A stretch of DNA of 63,983 bases, filler included, from Trichomonas gallinae (taxonomy: Eukaryota), in the NCBI GenBank assembly GCA_008369845.1. It is 5 parts of 5 records of this genome, joined end to end, with 100 filler letters (N's around TTAATTAATTAA, not from the genome) between each part and the next. Parts side by side here need not be neighbours in the genome. Positions count along the whole stretch, not along the records: positions 37,977 to 48,381 come from MRSU01000107.1; positions 48,482 to 61,867 come from MRSU01000109.1; 3 more parts are not named here. One strand, given 5' to 3'. The notes beneath the pieces were generated by a model. The model was not told the origin of the DNA. It worked only from the letters and a program-made list of their open reading frames with translations, and did no database searches. Shown piece by piece: positions 43,700 through 53,689 of the stretch. The first letter of the stretch is position 1, and every line of letters starts with the position of its first letter. The position numbers were made by a program, and so were the translations under genes.

Positions 43700-44599
43700 A
43701 TGAAGCCGCAAATTGCTGCCAAGCTTGCCGAAATCCGTCAGAAGCGTGCCTTTAACGTCGAAGAGTGGGTTCAGAAGAAATGCGAGCTCCTCAACCAGTA
43801 CATGACAAAATCCGGACTCAAGGGATGCGTTGTTAACGTTTCCGGCGGCATCGACTCAGCATTGACAATCATGCTCTGCAAGAAGGCATCTGAGCAGACA
43901 GGAAGCCCAATCAAGAAGGTTTTGGGCATTGTTCAGCCAATTCACTCCACAAAGGGAATCATGTCTCGCGCTGAGGAATTCCTGACTGAGAACAAGTTCG
44001 AGTGGGTCAACATCGACCAGTCTGCTGTCTACGACCTTCTTTCAAAGACAGTCGAAGAAGGACTTAAGTATCCAAACGCGCAATTCGCAAGCGGCATGCT
44101 TAAATCATACATGCGCACACCAGTTGCCTATTATGCTGCTCAGCTTCTTTCTAGCAATGGAATTCCAGCAATCGTTATTGGAACAGGCAACTACGATGAA
44201 GATGGCTATCTCTACTACTTCTGCAAGCCAGGAGATGGCACATCTGATGTCCAACTAATCCACGATCTTCACAAATCTGAAGTTTTCGCTGCAGCTCGTT
44301 ATCTTGGCGTTTCAGAGAAGATTTTAGGTGCTCCACCATCAGCTGATCTTTGGGATGGTCAGACAGATGAAGGTGAACTTGGCTTCTCCTATGATTTCTG
44401 CGAATTATATGTCGAATTGCTTCACGACAAGCCAGAGATGGACAAATGGGTTCAGACATTAGATAAGGAAGCCCGTGAGCAGTGGGATCACGTTTCTCAG
44501 AAGATCGAAACAACGCATCGCCGCAATTCTCACAAGGAAGTCTGGCCAGTCAATTTGGACATCATCTGCCCAACCGGAAAGCAATATGTTCCTAAATAA
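43700..44599 (+). CDS. nadE: NH3-dependent NAD+ synthetase (single-domain, prokaryote-like)
   Basis: PP-loop VSGGIDS, GTGNYDE, LHKSEV, PPSADLWDGQTDE. No glutaminase domain. Inr-like TCACTTCATA before ATG 43700. Confidence 0.92.
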   Translation: MKPQIAAKLAEIRQKRAFNVEEWVQKKCELLNQYMTKSGLKGCVVNVSGGIDSALTIMLCKKASEQTGSPIKKVLGIVQPIHSTKGIMSRAEEFLTENKFEWVNIDQSAVYDLLSKTVEEGLKYPNAQFASGMLKSYMRTPVAYYAAQLLSSNGIPAIVIGTGNYDEDGYLYYFCKPGDGTSDVQLIHDLHKSEVFAAARYLGVSEKILGAPPSADLWDGQTDEGELGFSYDFCELYVELLHDKPEMDKWVQTLDKEAREQWDHVSQKIETTHRRNSHKEVWPVNLDIICPTGKQYVPK

Positions 44600-44635
44600 T
44601 TTACAAAAACTCTATTTTACTCTAAATATAAAAAA

Positions 44636-47600
44636 TTATTGGATATTTGCTAATGTTTCAGCAAGAATTTGTCTTCTGTATTGGTTGCCCTTAAGGATAC
44701 CAATATTTCCTGTAGAAAACGCTTCTTTTGCGATTGGAGCCAAAGCGATTTTGATATCTTCTCTAATTCTTCTCTGAACGTATTCATCAGCGGACATGCA
44801 TAAAACCGCGATGCTTGGGAGTCTGTCGTGGACACTAGAATTGTTCATAGCAAAAGCAGCAACAGTTGGCAAAGATTTTTCGTGTTCAATCAGCACATCA
44901 ATAAACGTTGTTAAAATTTCCAGTGATAAGGAAACGCCAGCATTCATTGACAGCAATAAAGAGAGCTCAGCTGCAGCCACCAATAATGCAATATCAACGT
45001 CCGAAGAAAGAGTTCCTGTGCAAATTTCGACAATTTTCTTGACCAATTCTTGGTTAGACGATAGTATTTGCGGGAAAACTTTTACCGACGAAATCAAGAT
45101 TTGCATTGACGTGACTTTGATTTCGATGCTTGGCTTTGATATGAGTTTAATTGCCACATCAGTAGCAGCCTGTGCCATGTTGGCATCTCCCGAATATTCG
45201 CATAATAATATCAAACTTCTCGCAGCGAAAATATTCGACTTTTTGTTCGACGAAGCTGTAGCGACTAAAACTTCCATGTAGTTCGCCGAGAAAGCAGCGC
45301 AGTCAGCTCCCAAGCAAGCAACAATTACATCAAACAATCCCAAACAAGCCTGATGTAGTTTCAAGTTCACATCGCCAGATTTGAGCCACTTTTGTCGTTG
45401 ATGCAATAAAATTGGCAACAAAATATTATTGACACTTTCTAGTGTTTGCTCTATAACAACTCTTCCTCCTACTTCTAATATACTTGAGATTGACTCAATA
45501 ATTACTGACGCCGCTTCTGCTTCTGCTGCTGATTCTTCTCCTACTGACTCCAAGAGGAAATTCAAAGCAGGAAGAAAATTGCCGCCGATCTTAATTTGTC
45601 CTTCAATAACATCTACTGCGCACGAGCAAATTCTGCTGATTGAGTCATTATCGGCTGGATCGAACTGCGAGAAAATATATTGCAGAATGTCATTCATCAG
45701 AGGACCAAGATGATTTGGTAAATGAACACACATAACAGACAATGCTGATAAAGAAGAATTTTTGAGATTGAATAGTTGCTGGACTCTTATATCTTCCTTG
45801 TTATCACTTGATTCATCCATCATCGCCGCTATGTCGTTTTCTTCGTCATTTTGGGTTATTTCCATGCTGAGAATCGACAGCAGCACCTGAGATATCTGTT
45901 CGACGTAAGGGGAAATGGATTCTGTGAAGATCGAACAAATTGTTGCTAGACAATCGCAGCATGCTTGTTTTAGACCGACAGAATCTATTGATATAGACTG
46001 TGTAACGATATCAAGGATGTCTCCGAGGTTTTCTTCGACAACGCTTGGAGATTGAGAAATGAAAATCGAGAAACATTTGATTGCGCCAATCCTGAGGTCC
46101 TCATTGCCACCCATGGCTTCAAGTAGCACATCTTTCAGGAATTCGTAGAAATTGGCAGCTGATGATGAAGATTTCGAGAGAGCAATCGAAATTATAATTA
46201 AAATATCGCCATACATCTCTTCTGGAACTTCGTTTAGTGCTTCTTTCAATGTTGTGATGACTTCTTCAATGTTTGGAGGAGGAATTGATGAATTATCAAA
46301 GAGATTCGCAATTGCATCTAAAACAGAGCTAAAACTCACGTGTGCAAGAAGCAATGGAGTCAAACTTCCAATGTAGTAGGCACAATTGTCCGGAACAGCT
46401 GTGCAAAGTGATGAAACAATGTCTGCACTGTTATCAATAATATTTTCATCTTCTAAAGCAAAACCATTTGTAATCAGATCAATAATTTCTGATTCATGAA
46501 CAAAAATTGTGTTTTCGTCTACATTTATAAGACTGCTTGTCGCTGAGAGTGCAACTAAAATTTTTGCATAAAGCTCAGACTTGTCTTCTGACTCATCACT
46601 TGCATATTCTGCGATTTTCTGGAATATGTAGTCACTTAAATTCATTGCTTCTTCTTCCTCTTCGTTTCCTTGTGAATTTAACATATCACTTTCATGAAGC
46701 ATTTGTATTAGAGTATCTGTGACTTTATAATTATCGCTTTCTTGGTCATATTTGTATATTTCGACGGCCATTTCAAACATTCTATCAATAATCGCAGGTA
46801 AATCGCTTTCGAATTCGTCAACAAGCGTTTTTAAGGCTTCAATATAAGTGTCACAGGCTGGAATTCTAATTTCCATTGGAAGTTCGGATTGAATTATTTG
46901 CATTAAGTTATCTAATAAATTATGCTGAGTTTCTTCTAATGAATCAAGCGTGAGCATGCATGAAATCTTTATGAGATCAAATAATGTAAGAGCTTCGTCA
47001 ACATTTACATCATTTGAACAGCATAAATTAACAGAATTGTTGATAATATTATTAATTGCACCTATTGTATCAATATCATCCATATATGGACGCTGTATAA
47101 GAATAACAAGTAATTTCATTGCTTCAATTCTGATTTGTCTATTTGAATTCATTGCTAAATCGCAAATTGTTGGTAATAATTCAGTAATGAATGGTATTTC
47201 TAACTCTAATGGTGAATTTATGACTATTTGTGAGATAAAGTATAGAGATATAGTAGCTAAGCCTTCATTTTGTAGATATTGAATAATTATTTGTGGAATA
47301 GGTCCATATTCGCATTCTTCAATTCGTAATTGTGCTGCATCATCACATAACATTCGTTTTACATGTAAATCTTGAACTATATCTATTGTCCTGCAAAAAT
47401 CATTTTGCAATTGAACAATTGTCGGTGGCTCCAATGATTTTATAGATTTCCGCATAATAGTATGAAGGAAAACAGCACCAAATACTAAATTTGTTCTGTC
47501 ACTTTCCGTTTGCAATAATTGAAACAAAATCGGAATTGCAGTTTCAGGAGTTTTAATGAATTGCAAGATCTGTCTGGATGCCTCTGAAATGCGTTCATTT

Positions 47601-47653
47601 ACACCAGATCGAACTTCTGCGAATAATTGTTTCAATACTTGTATGTCCTCCAT
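44636..47653 (-). CDS. Importin-beta/karyopherin-like HEAT-repeat protein
   Basis: 1005 aa, acidic and all-helical. IBN_N-like start (ERISEASRQILQF...LFQLLQ...VFGAVFLH) and an acidic insert typical of importin-4/5-like proteins. Confidence 0.75.
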   Translation of the reverse strand: MEDIQVLKQLFAEVRSGVNERISEASRQILQFIKTPETAIPILFQLLQTESDRTNLVFGAVFLHTIMRKSIKSLEPPTIVQLQNDFCRTIDIVQDLHVKRMLCDDAAQLRIEECEYGPIPQIIIQYLQNEGLATISLYFISQIVINSPLELEIPFITELLPTICDLAMNSNRQIRIEAMKLLVILIQRPYMDDIDTIGAINNIINNSVNLCCSNDVNVDEALTLFDLIKISCMLTLDSLEETQHNLLDNLMQIIQSELPMEIRIPACDTYIEALKTLVDEFESDLPAIIDRMFEMAVEIYKYDQESDNYKVTDTLIQMLHESDMLNSQGNEEEEEAMNLSDYIFQKIAEYASDESEDKSELYAKILVALSATSSLINVDENTIFVHESEIIDLITNGFALEDENIIDNSADIVSSLCTAVPDNCAYYIGSLTPLLLAHVSFSSVLDAIANLFDNSSIPPPNIEEVITTLKEALNEVPEEMYGDILIIISIALSKSSSSAANFYEFLKDVLLEAMGGNEDLRIGAIKCFSIFISQSPSVVEENLGDILDIVTQSISIDSVGLKQACCDCLATICSIFTESISPYVEQISQVLLSILSMEITQNDEENDIAAMMDESSDNKEDIRVQQLFNLKNSSLSALSVMCVHLPNHLGPLMNDILQYIFSQFDPADNDSISRICSCAVDVIEGQIKIGGNFLPALNFLLESVGEESAAEAEAASVIIESISSILEVGGRVVIEQTLESVNNILLPILLHQRQKWLKSGDVNLKLHQACLGLFDVIVACLGADCAAFSANYMEVLVATASSNKKSNIFAARSLILLCEYSGDANMAQAATDVAIKLISKPSIEIKVTSMQILISSVKVFPQILSSNQELVKKIVEICTGTLSSDVDIALLVAAAELSLLLSMNAGVSLSLEILTTFIDVLIEHEKSLPTVAAFAMNNSSVHDRLPSIAVLCMSADEYVQRRIREDIKIALAPIAKEAFSTGNIGILKGNQYRRQILAETLANIQ

Positions 47654-47751
47654 ATTTTTTTTAGAAATTTTGATTGATAGAAAAATTGAAATTCATGATT
47701 AACAACATCATGAAATACATTTTTTTCAATTTAATTCTCATTTCAAAACGA

Positions 47752-47843
47752 AATTTACATTGTCAAAATATAATTTACAGTGTCAAAATATAATTTACAG
47801 TGTCAAAATATAATTTAGTGTGTCAAAAAATACATTGTCAAAA
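47752..47843. repeat. 20-nt tandem repeat AATTTACAGTGTCAAAATAT (~4.5 copies)
   Basis: Directly visible, ~100-190 nt upstream of the importin-like ATG. Confidence 0.92.
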
Positions 47844-48207
47844 TGATCGAATCTGACAATAAATATAATTTCAATGGTTTACACTCAAGAAATTCCTACA
47901 CCAAATATATATATTCAATCGAATTTGTTGTGAACAGATTTACACTTTTTTGACGCGTAAAATATTGAGCATAAAAAAGGGGCTGCACCTAAAAAAAAAA
48001 GAATTTATTATGTTTCATAATCTGTGCACAAGAGTACAATGCATTCCATAAATACAAGAATAACAACTTTTTAATCATATTTTCATTTACATCCCTTAAA
48101 TTTTACTGTTTCTCAATCACGCTTGATTGTTTCTATGCGGGACAGCCACACTTGCTTGAGAAATAGAAAATTTTTGGTATCAACACGTTCGCCTTTTTTA
48201 AGAGATG

Positions 48208-48304
48208 TTTTTCGGTGCTATCATAGTTCTGCTCCATCATGTGAGGTCGATATATCATGGAATAGCCCCACATGATAGAGCAGAACTGTGATAGCACTGA
48301 AAAA
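48208..48304. repeat. Imperfect inverted repeat (~39-bp arms, ~19-nt loop)
   Basis: TTTTTCGGTGCTATCATAGTTCTGCTCCATCATGTGAGG pairs with CCCCACATGATAGAGCAGAACTGTGATAGCACTGAAAAA, with four differences. Confidence 0.92.
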
Positions 48305-48381
48305 GCAACATATTGGAGCGGATAATTTGTGGAGAATCTTCACCCCTGTTTTTTTTTTTTTTTTTTTTTTTTTTGAATATT

Positions 48382-48481
48382 NNNNNNNNNNNNNNNNNNN
48401 NNNNNNNNNNNNNNNNNNNNNNNNNTTAATTAATTAANNNNNNNNNNNNNNNNNNNNNNNNNNNNNNNNNNNNNNNNNNNN
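48382..48481. other. Artificial contig linker
   Basis: N44-TTAATTAATTAA-N44. Confidence 0.97.
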
Positions 48482-48675
48482 ATCATGAAAGACAAGAAAT
48501 TGTTTCAAAAACTCTCATTAAATCAGCAACAAATGATATTAAAGCAAAAATCGATGTTTTTAAAGAGTATGCTGATCAATTAGAGAAAATTAGAAAGAGA
48601 GGAAGCAAAAATTACGAAGAAGACATTAATATCAAAATTCAATCTCTAAATGCAAGAATTGCAGAATTATATTAG
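48482..48675 (+). CDS. 3' fragment of a coiled-coil protein gene cut by the linker
   Basis: Open frame HERQEIVSKTLIKSATNDIKAKIDVFKEYADQLEKIRKRGSKNYEEDINIKIQSLNARIAELY* from the contig start. Confidence 0.55.
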
Positions 48676-49067
48676 ATTATTACATGGACAAATGATTACA
48701 CTATTTACTTTTATAGAGATATACCTGTATTGTTGGATTATATAAAAATATTAATTTGATGAATTTTCAACGCTAAACACATGAGATGATAAATATATAT
48801 ATATATATAAAATTAATTAATTAATTTGAAATGAAATCAACTCAATCTTGACTATATTGATAAAATATTAAATTCATGATACTATGTTCTATAAACTTAT
48901 AAAATTCACCATTTTCCTCAATCTTTTAATAATATCTGCTTTATTAAATGCATTAATTTTTTATTGATTTGTTTGTTATATTTGTTTGTTCAAAGGTCGA
49001 TCGGTTTTAATGATGATTTTATCGTTATGTAACAATTAAACAAGCAAATTTTTTTTTCAATCTTTCA

Positions 49068-49400
49068 AAATTTTGTTTTAAGGCTTCATACATTATATAT
49101 CATACTCACAAGGTAATGAAGTAAAATATATAATAATGAAATAAACTAATATTCTATTAATCGAATTTGCAATTTATTTAAAAGTTTTGTTTTAGGACTT
49201 CATACATTATATATCATAATCACAAGGTAATTTAATAAAAGAGAATATATTTAAATAGTGAAATATACTAACAAATATACCGAATGATTTGCAAATTAAT
49301 TCGAAGTTTTGATTTAAGGTCTCATGCTTTATATATATACTATGCACAAGGTAAGAAAGTAATTGGCAAAATATATACTTAATGATAATAAAAAAATCGT
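49068..49400. repeat. Three degenerate ~115-125-nt direct repeats
   Basis: Core TTTTG(T/A)TTTA(A/G)G..TCAT...TATATAT...CACAAGGTAA; CACAAGGTAA at 49107, 49221 and 49345. Confidence 0.85.
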
Positions 49401-49449
49401 TGCTATATATATGACGATTATTTTGTAAACACAAATTTTAAAACGAAAA

Positions 49450-51387
49450 ATGGATGAATTTGATGAAATAATCGAGAATGGGCTTCTCGCAGCGGATAAT
49501 ATCATGAATTTATTAAAGACGGCGATGAACTCATCAACGACACACGAGAAAGATAAGTTAATACACCAGATAAAGAAGTTATACAACATTGAAAATGAGT
49601 CTATGGCTGCTGTAGAGGCAAATAACGAACAGAAATCGAAAATATTAGAACAATTGCAGAAGAAAGTCGATGCAGTAACAGAGCAATACAATACTTTTGA
49701 CACAAATACATCTTTTATTCACGAACTCGCCAGAGATCCTCCAAACATGAAATCCGAGCTAATAGAACAGATACATGAAGTGGAACAAGCGATTATTGAG
49801 ATAAAACCGCTTGCTTCACCGAAATCTTTGGCACAAGTGACACAATTATCACCAGAACAGGATCTTTTTCAGCTAAAAACACGAGACTTACTATTCACAA
49901 GACTCGAAGAGCTTACTTATGCACTTAAAAAACGAATTTTAGTTGTTGAAGATTCTACAAATTCATCAATCGCGGTTATTGAAAAGTATGGCAATGTTTC
50001 TGGCCTGATAAATCACCATAATCAACTACTTGAAGAGAACGAAATTCTTAAATACGAAGAATCTTATTTTTTATACGATGCAATGGCAAAAAGACGAAAT
50101 CTCAATGCGATATCTCCAACACTGCTGACAAATATTTCCATGGTTATGCAGGATGAACTCACAGAATTAATGAATTATGGAAATAATTTAGTCAAACCAG
50201 TTCATTTAGAGACAAATTTCGCTCCATTTGATGAAGTATGCGACATACCCAGATCAATAGAATACAATCAAACAGATTTTGGAACAAATATTGATCAAGA
50301 ATTAATAAATCTTGTTGTACAAGAAACAAATCCACCAAGATTACTTCAACTCATGAGATATGTCATCGATCAACAGCAGACAACAATTAACAAGTTGCTT
50401 TATGAACTAGAACCTTTGAGATCAGCAAATTACAAAGAAACATCTGAAAACATCGAAAGATTGCAGAAATTGTGGACAGTTAATGAGAGATTCTCAAATC
50501 AAATACGAGAGATCAGTGACTCAATAGAAAATACTAATAACGAGATTAGAAAATTAAATTATACAATTAAAAGACTTATTAAACAGCGTGGATACTACGA
50601 TGAGATGTTTTGCGATACACAGAAGAAATTAGTACCTTTAACAAATGAAACAATCGCACTTACAGAAATCAATAATAAAAACAAAGAAATATTTAGAACT
50701 CTAGGAAACATCTGCTATAACTTTGGGCTTTCTCTCTTAAATACCGACTCGCAGAACTATACTTCGCTAAAAGATTTAATTCTTGATCGCATTCCACCTC
50801 CTCCACCTGTTCACAAGGTTGTTGAGCCACCACCGCCACCTCCTCCAGTTGAAGAAGAGCCGGAAAAGCCCACAAATAACCAACACCCAGATGATCCAAG
50901 AAAATTCTTCATGATTAAGCCAACGATGTCTAAAAGGCCGCCAATAAGACGCAAAACGCTTCCAACAGCGGAAACATCGCAAAGCAGCTTGCTGACATCC
51001 TCAATGAAGGAGCTCCCAGAGAGAAAGAAGCCGCTTTCGATTACAAATTCGGACAGAGTTGAGCTTCTAGATTATATCGCACTCACGCACGAAATCACGC
51101 AGTCAGTGGAAAGGAAGGAGCCAATTTTCCACGGAGAGTTAAATAAGAACTTGCAGGAATGCTTGGATAGTCTCAGATCAAATCTCACTTCTGCGAAGAC
51201 TGAGTTCGTTGAGGAAATCATGGCGCGCATCAACAGCATCAAAGAATGCTCACACTCGATTTTGTGCCGTCCAAAGACTGATGTTGAGACGTCGGTTTGC
51301 ACTTGCCCAACTGTCGAAATTGAGATTCAGACCGAAGATCCACCGGATCCGAAGGCAAAAGGCAAGAAGCCAGGAAGGAAGAAATAG
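49450..51387 (+). CDS. Hypothetical coiled-coil protein with polyproline tracts
   Basis: 645 aa ORF with heptads, PPPPP and PPPPPPP tracts, and a basic C-terminus. Confidence 0.85.
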   Translation: MDEFDEIIENGLLAADNIMNLLKTAMNSSTTHEKDKLIHQIKKLYNIENESMAAVEANNEQKSKILEQLQKKVDAVTEQYNTFDTNTSFIHELARDPPNMKSELIEQIHEVEQAIIEIKPLASPKSLAQVTQLSPEQDLFQLKTRDLLFTRLEELTYALKKRILVVEDSTNSSIAVIEKYGNVSGLINHHNQLLEENEILKYEESYFLYDAMAKRRNLNAISPTLLTNISMVMQDELTELMNYGNNLVKPVHLETNFAPFDEVCDIPRSIEYNQTDFGTNIDQELINLVVQETNPPRLLQLMRYVIDQQQTTINKLLYELEPLRSANYKETSENIERLQKLWTVNERFSNQIREISDSIENTNNEIRKLNYTIKRLIKQRGYYDEMFCDTQKKLVPLTNETIALTEINNKNKEIFRTLGNICYNFGLSLLNTDSQNYTSLKDLILDRIPPPPPVHKVVEPPPPPPPVEEEPEKPTNNQHPDDPRKFFMIKPTMSKRPPIRRKTLPTAETSQSSLLTSSMKELPERKKPLSITNSDRVELLDYIALTHEITQSVERKEPIFHGELNKNLQECLDSLRSNLTSAKTEFVEEIMARINSIKECSHSILCRPKTDVETSVCTCPTVEIEIQTEDPPDPKAKGKKPGRKK

Positions 51388-51794
51388 ATTTTTTTTTTGT
51401 TTTTGTTTATTTATTAAAATACGATATTTGTTGTTTTGTTAGATTTCAAATAATACGATTCACCTGAAATTATGCAATTATCATATTTTAAACTACAATC
51501 ATTTTATTCGAATTTGTAATTCAATCAAATATTCCATTGGGATGGATCTAATAAAAATAAACATGCCAATTATGTGAATTCATAAAAAAACAGAATTGGA
51601 TGGAGCATGCATTGTGAAGCCTTTTCTTCAAGAAAAGATGTTGTAAAGACTGCTATTACAATTGGAATTACGGTTGAATTTTTGTCATCATAAAACATTA
51701 ATATCCATTTATGAAGTAGGTCAAACAATGTATGCTATTTAGCCTAATAGCCAAATTTATTATAACAAATTCTATAAAAAAATTTCTGCAGCAT

Positions 51795-53093
51795 TTATTT
51801 TCGATATCCTTTTACTTCGAGTAACCTTAGAGCTCCTGTGCGCTTGTTTGCTGCTGCTATTCGATATGGAGTAACGCCATCATAATCAGCGATGTATTGA
51901 ATGTTTGGTAGGTTTAGTAAGTATTCAATAGTTTTTCTAACACCAATTTCACATGCCCACCATAGTACAGTTCTTCCGTTATTGCCTCTAAAATTAACAT
52001 CATATCCTGCATTGATAAACTTATTCAACCACTTTTGATCAAATGCTAATTGCCGCCATACTGCGTATATAAATAAATTATTTCCAAACATGTCGACATA
52101 GTCCTTATACAGTGGCACAGAATTTGGAGTAGACTTGATTACTTCAAGTATTTGTTCAAAATCAGGGACAACAGTTCTTGGATTTTCCAATGTTTCTGAA
52201 TTATCTAAACTGTTAACAGCAAGATTGGGGTAGATGACTTTTTCCTTAGCTGATTGAAGAGGCTCTGTTCGATCAGGAATGTTTTGTGGTTCTTTCTTTG
52301 AATCTTCACGCATCGGCTTATATTCACTGAAATCAGGTTTCTTTTTTCCAGTTTTGGTTTCTTTATTGCTTGGATTTTTCGTTTTCTTTGAAGATGTTGT
52401 GGATGTACTTGAAGTCTGAATGGCTGATTGATAAGTTTCTAATCTTTTTTCCAATTCTCTCAATTTATGATTTAACTCTTGTATTTCTTTTCGTTGTTTT
52501 TCGATGATTTCATCATATGTTGCAACTTTTGATGAGCTATTTTCTAATAGAGATTTGCTTTTAAGTTCGCGGATTTCATTTTGAAGTTCGAAGATTGTTG
52601 AATCTTTCTCGGATACGGCTTTGTTGATTAGTTTCTTAACTGTGTCGGAATCATGACCTTGGACAATGATCTGTGGCGTTTTGTCTTCGGCAATAATTGC
52701 GTTTGTCATACAAAAATTCTCTTTGATAGTAAAGTTCAGACTTTCAAACATTTTCGTGAAATTTTGCAACTTTTGATCAATAATATCCGACATGCTTTCT
52801 TTTAGCATTTCATTTTCTGATTTTAATTCGTCAATTAAATAATTTTCTGGTTTTGAGTTCATTTTTGATAAGTAATTCTTTAATGCATGAGAAATGCATT
52901 TTAAGAGAGGGTGACTATTGTTATCAGCGAGCTTGAAAATAATATCGAAGACTTGGTCATCTGAATCCCATTCGATAACAGAATAATTGAGTAAATCCGT
53001 GAATGAATATCCCGATTTTATTCGGCTTAAGAACTCTCTCGCATTGACTGATGGATAAATCCAATTGTACAAGAACATGATATTATAAGACAT
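51795..53093 (-). CDS. Coiled-coil plus C-terminal ankyrin-repeat protein
   Basis: GNNLFIYA, GYDVNFRGNNGRTVLWWAC, DGVTPYRIAA. Confidence 0.88.
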   Translation of the reverse strand: MSYNIMFLYNWIYPSVNAREFLSRIKSGYSFTDLLNYSVIEWDSDDQVFDIIFKLADNNSHPLLKCISHALKNYLSKMNSKPENYLIDELKSENEMLKESMSDIIDQKLQNFTKMFESLNFTIKENFCMTNAIIAEDKTPQIIVQGHDSDTVKKLINKAVSEKDSTIFELQNEIRELKSKSLLENSSSKVATYDEIIEKQRKEIQELNHKLRELEKRLETYQSAIQTSSTSTTSSKKTKNPSNKETKTGKKKPDFSEYKPMREDSKKEPQNIPDRTEPLQSAKEKVIYPNLAVNSLDNSETLENPRTVVPDFEQILEVIKSTPNSVPLYKDYVDMFGNNLFIYAVWRQLAFDQKWLNKFINAGYDVNFRGNNGRTVLWWACEIGVRKTIEYLLNLPNIQYIADYDGVTPYRIAAANKRTGALRLLEVKGYRK

Positions 53094-53689
53094 GTTCTCA
53101 ATTTTTATTTATTGTTTTAGAGACGTCAAATGATGAGAAGAAAAACGCCAAACTTAAGATATATATATTTTACACAGGTAATGTTGAACACATATGTTAT
53201 CGTTATAATATTTATTTAGCTTAAATTTGATAAATACGAAATTGCCTATTAGAAATTAATCCGTAACTTTTTGTATCATTAATTTTTCATTTTTAATAAA
53301 TTATTTTTTCGGAATCTTAGATAACCATGCAATACCAATCATATTATATGAAAATAGCATTTAACATGCTTGTGGATGTAGGTTCTTCTGCAATTTCCGT
53401 CGAAGCTCTACTAATTTGTTAAAATTCTAGTTTTTTTCCATGGAAATTCGAAAGCTTTCGAATACATTCATTTTGAATACATGAGAGTCATATAATTTCT
53501 TAAAATTATGTAATGAGCTAGTTAATTGATATAATTTCTGGTATAGTTTAAATTAAAGAATACGCATGCAATATGCAATTTTATGTTGCAAAGTCTACAT
53601 AGAGTTAATCAATAATTTTGGTTGTCGATGTGCAAAAATCTTTTATTTTCATGTTTTCGGTTGAAGGACAGTCAAGATAGATTATGAAT

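Noticed and set aside
49107..49280. Spliceosomal introns (AG/GTAA plus ACTAAC/ACTAAT in the repeats)
   Set aside because: No AG at the fixed short distance after the branch site that trichomonad introns need, and no flanking exons.
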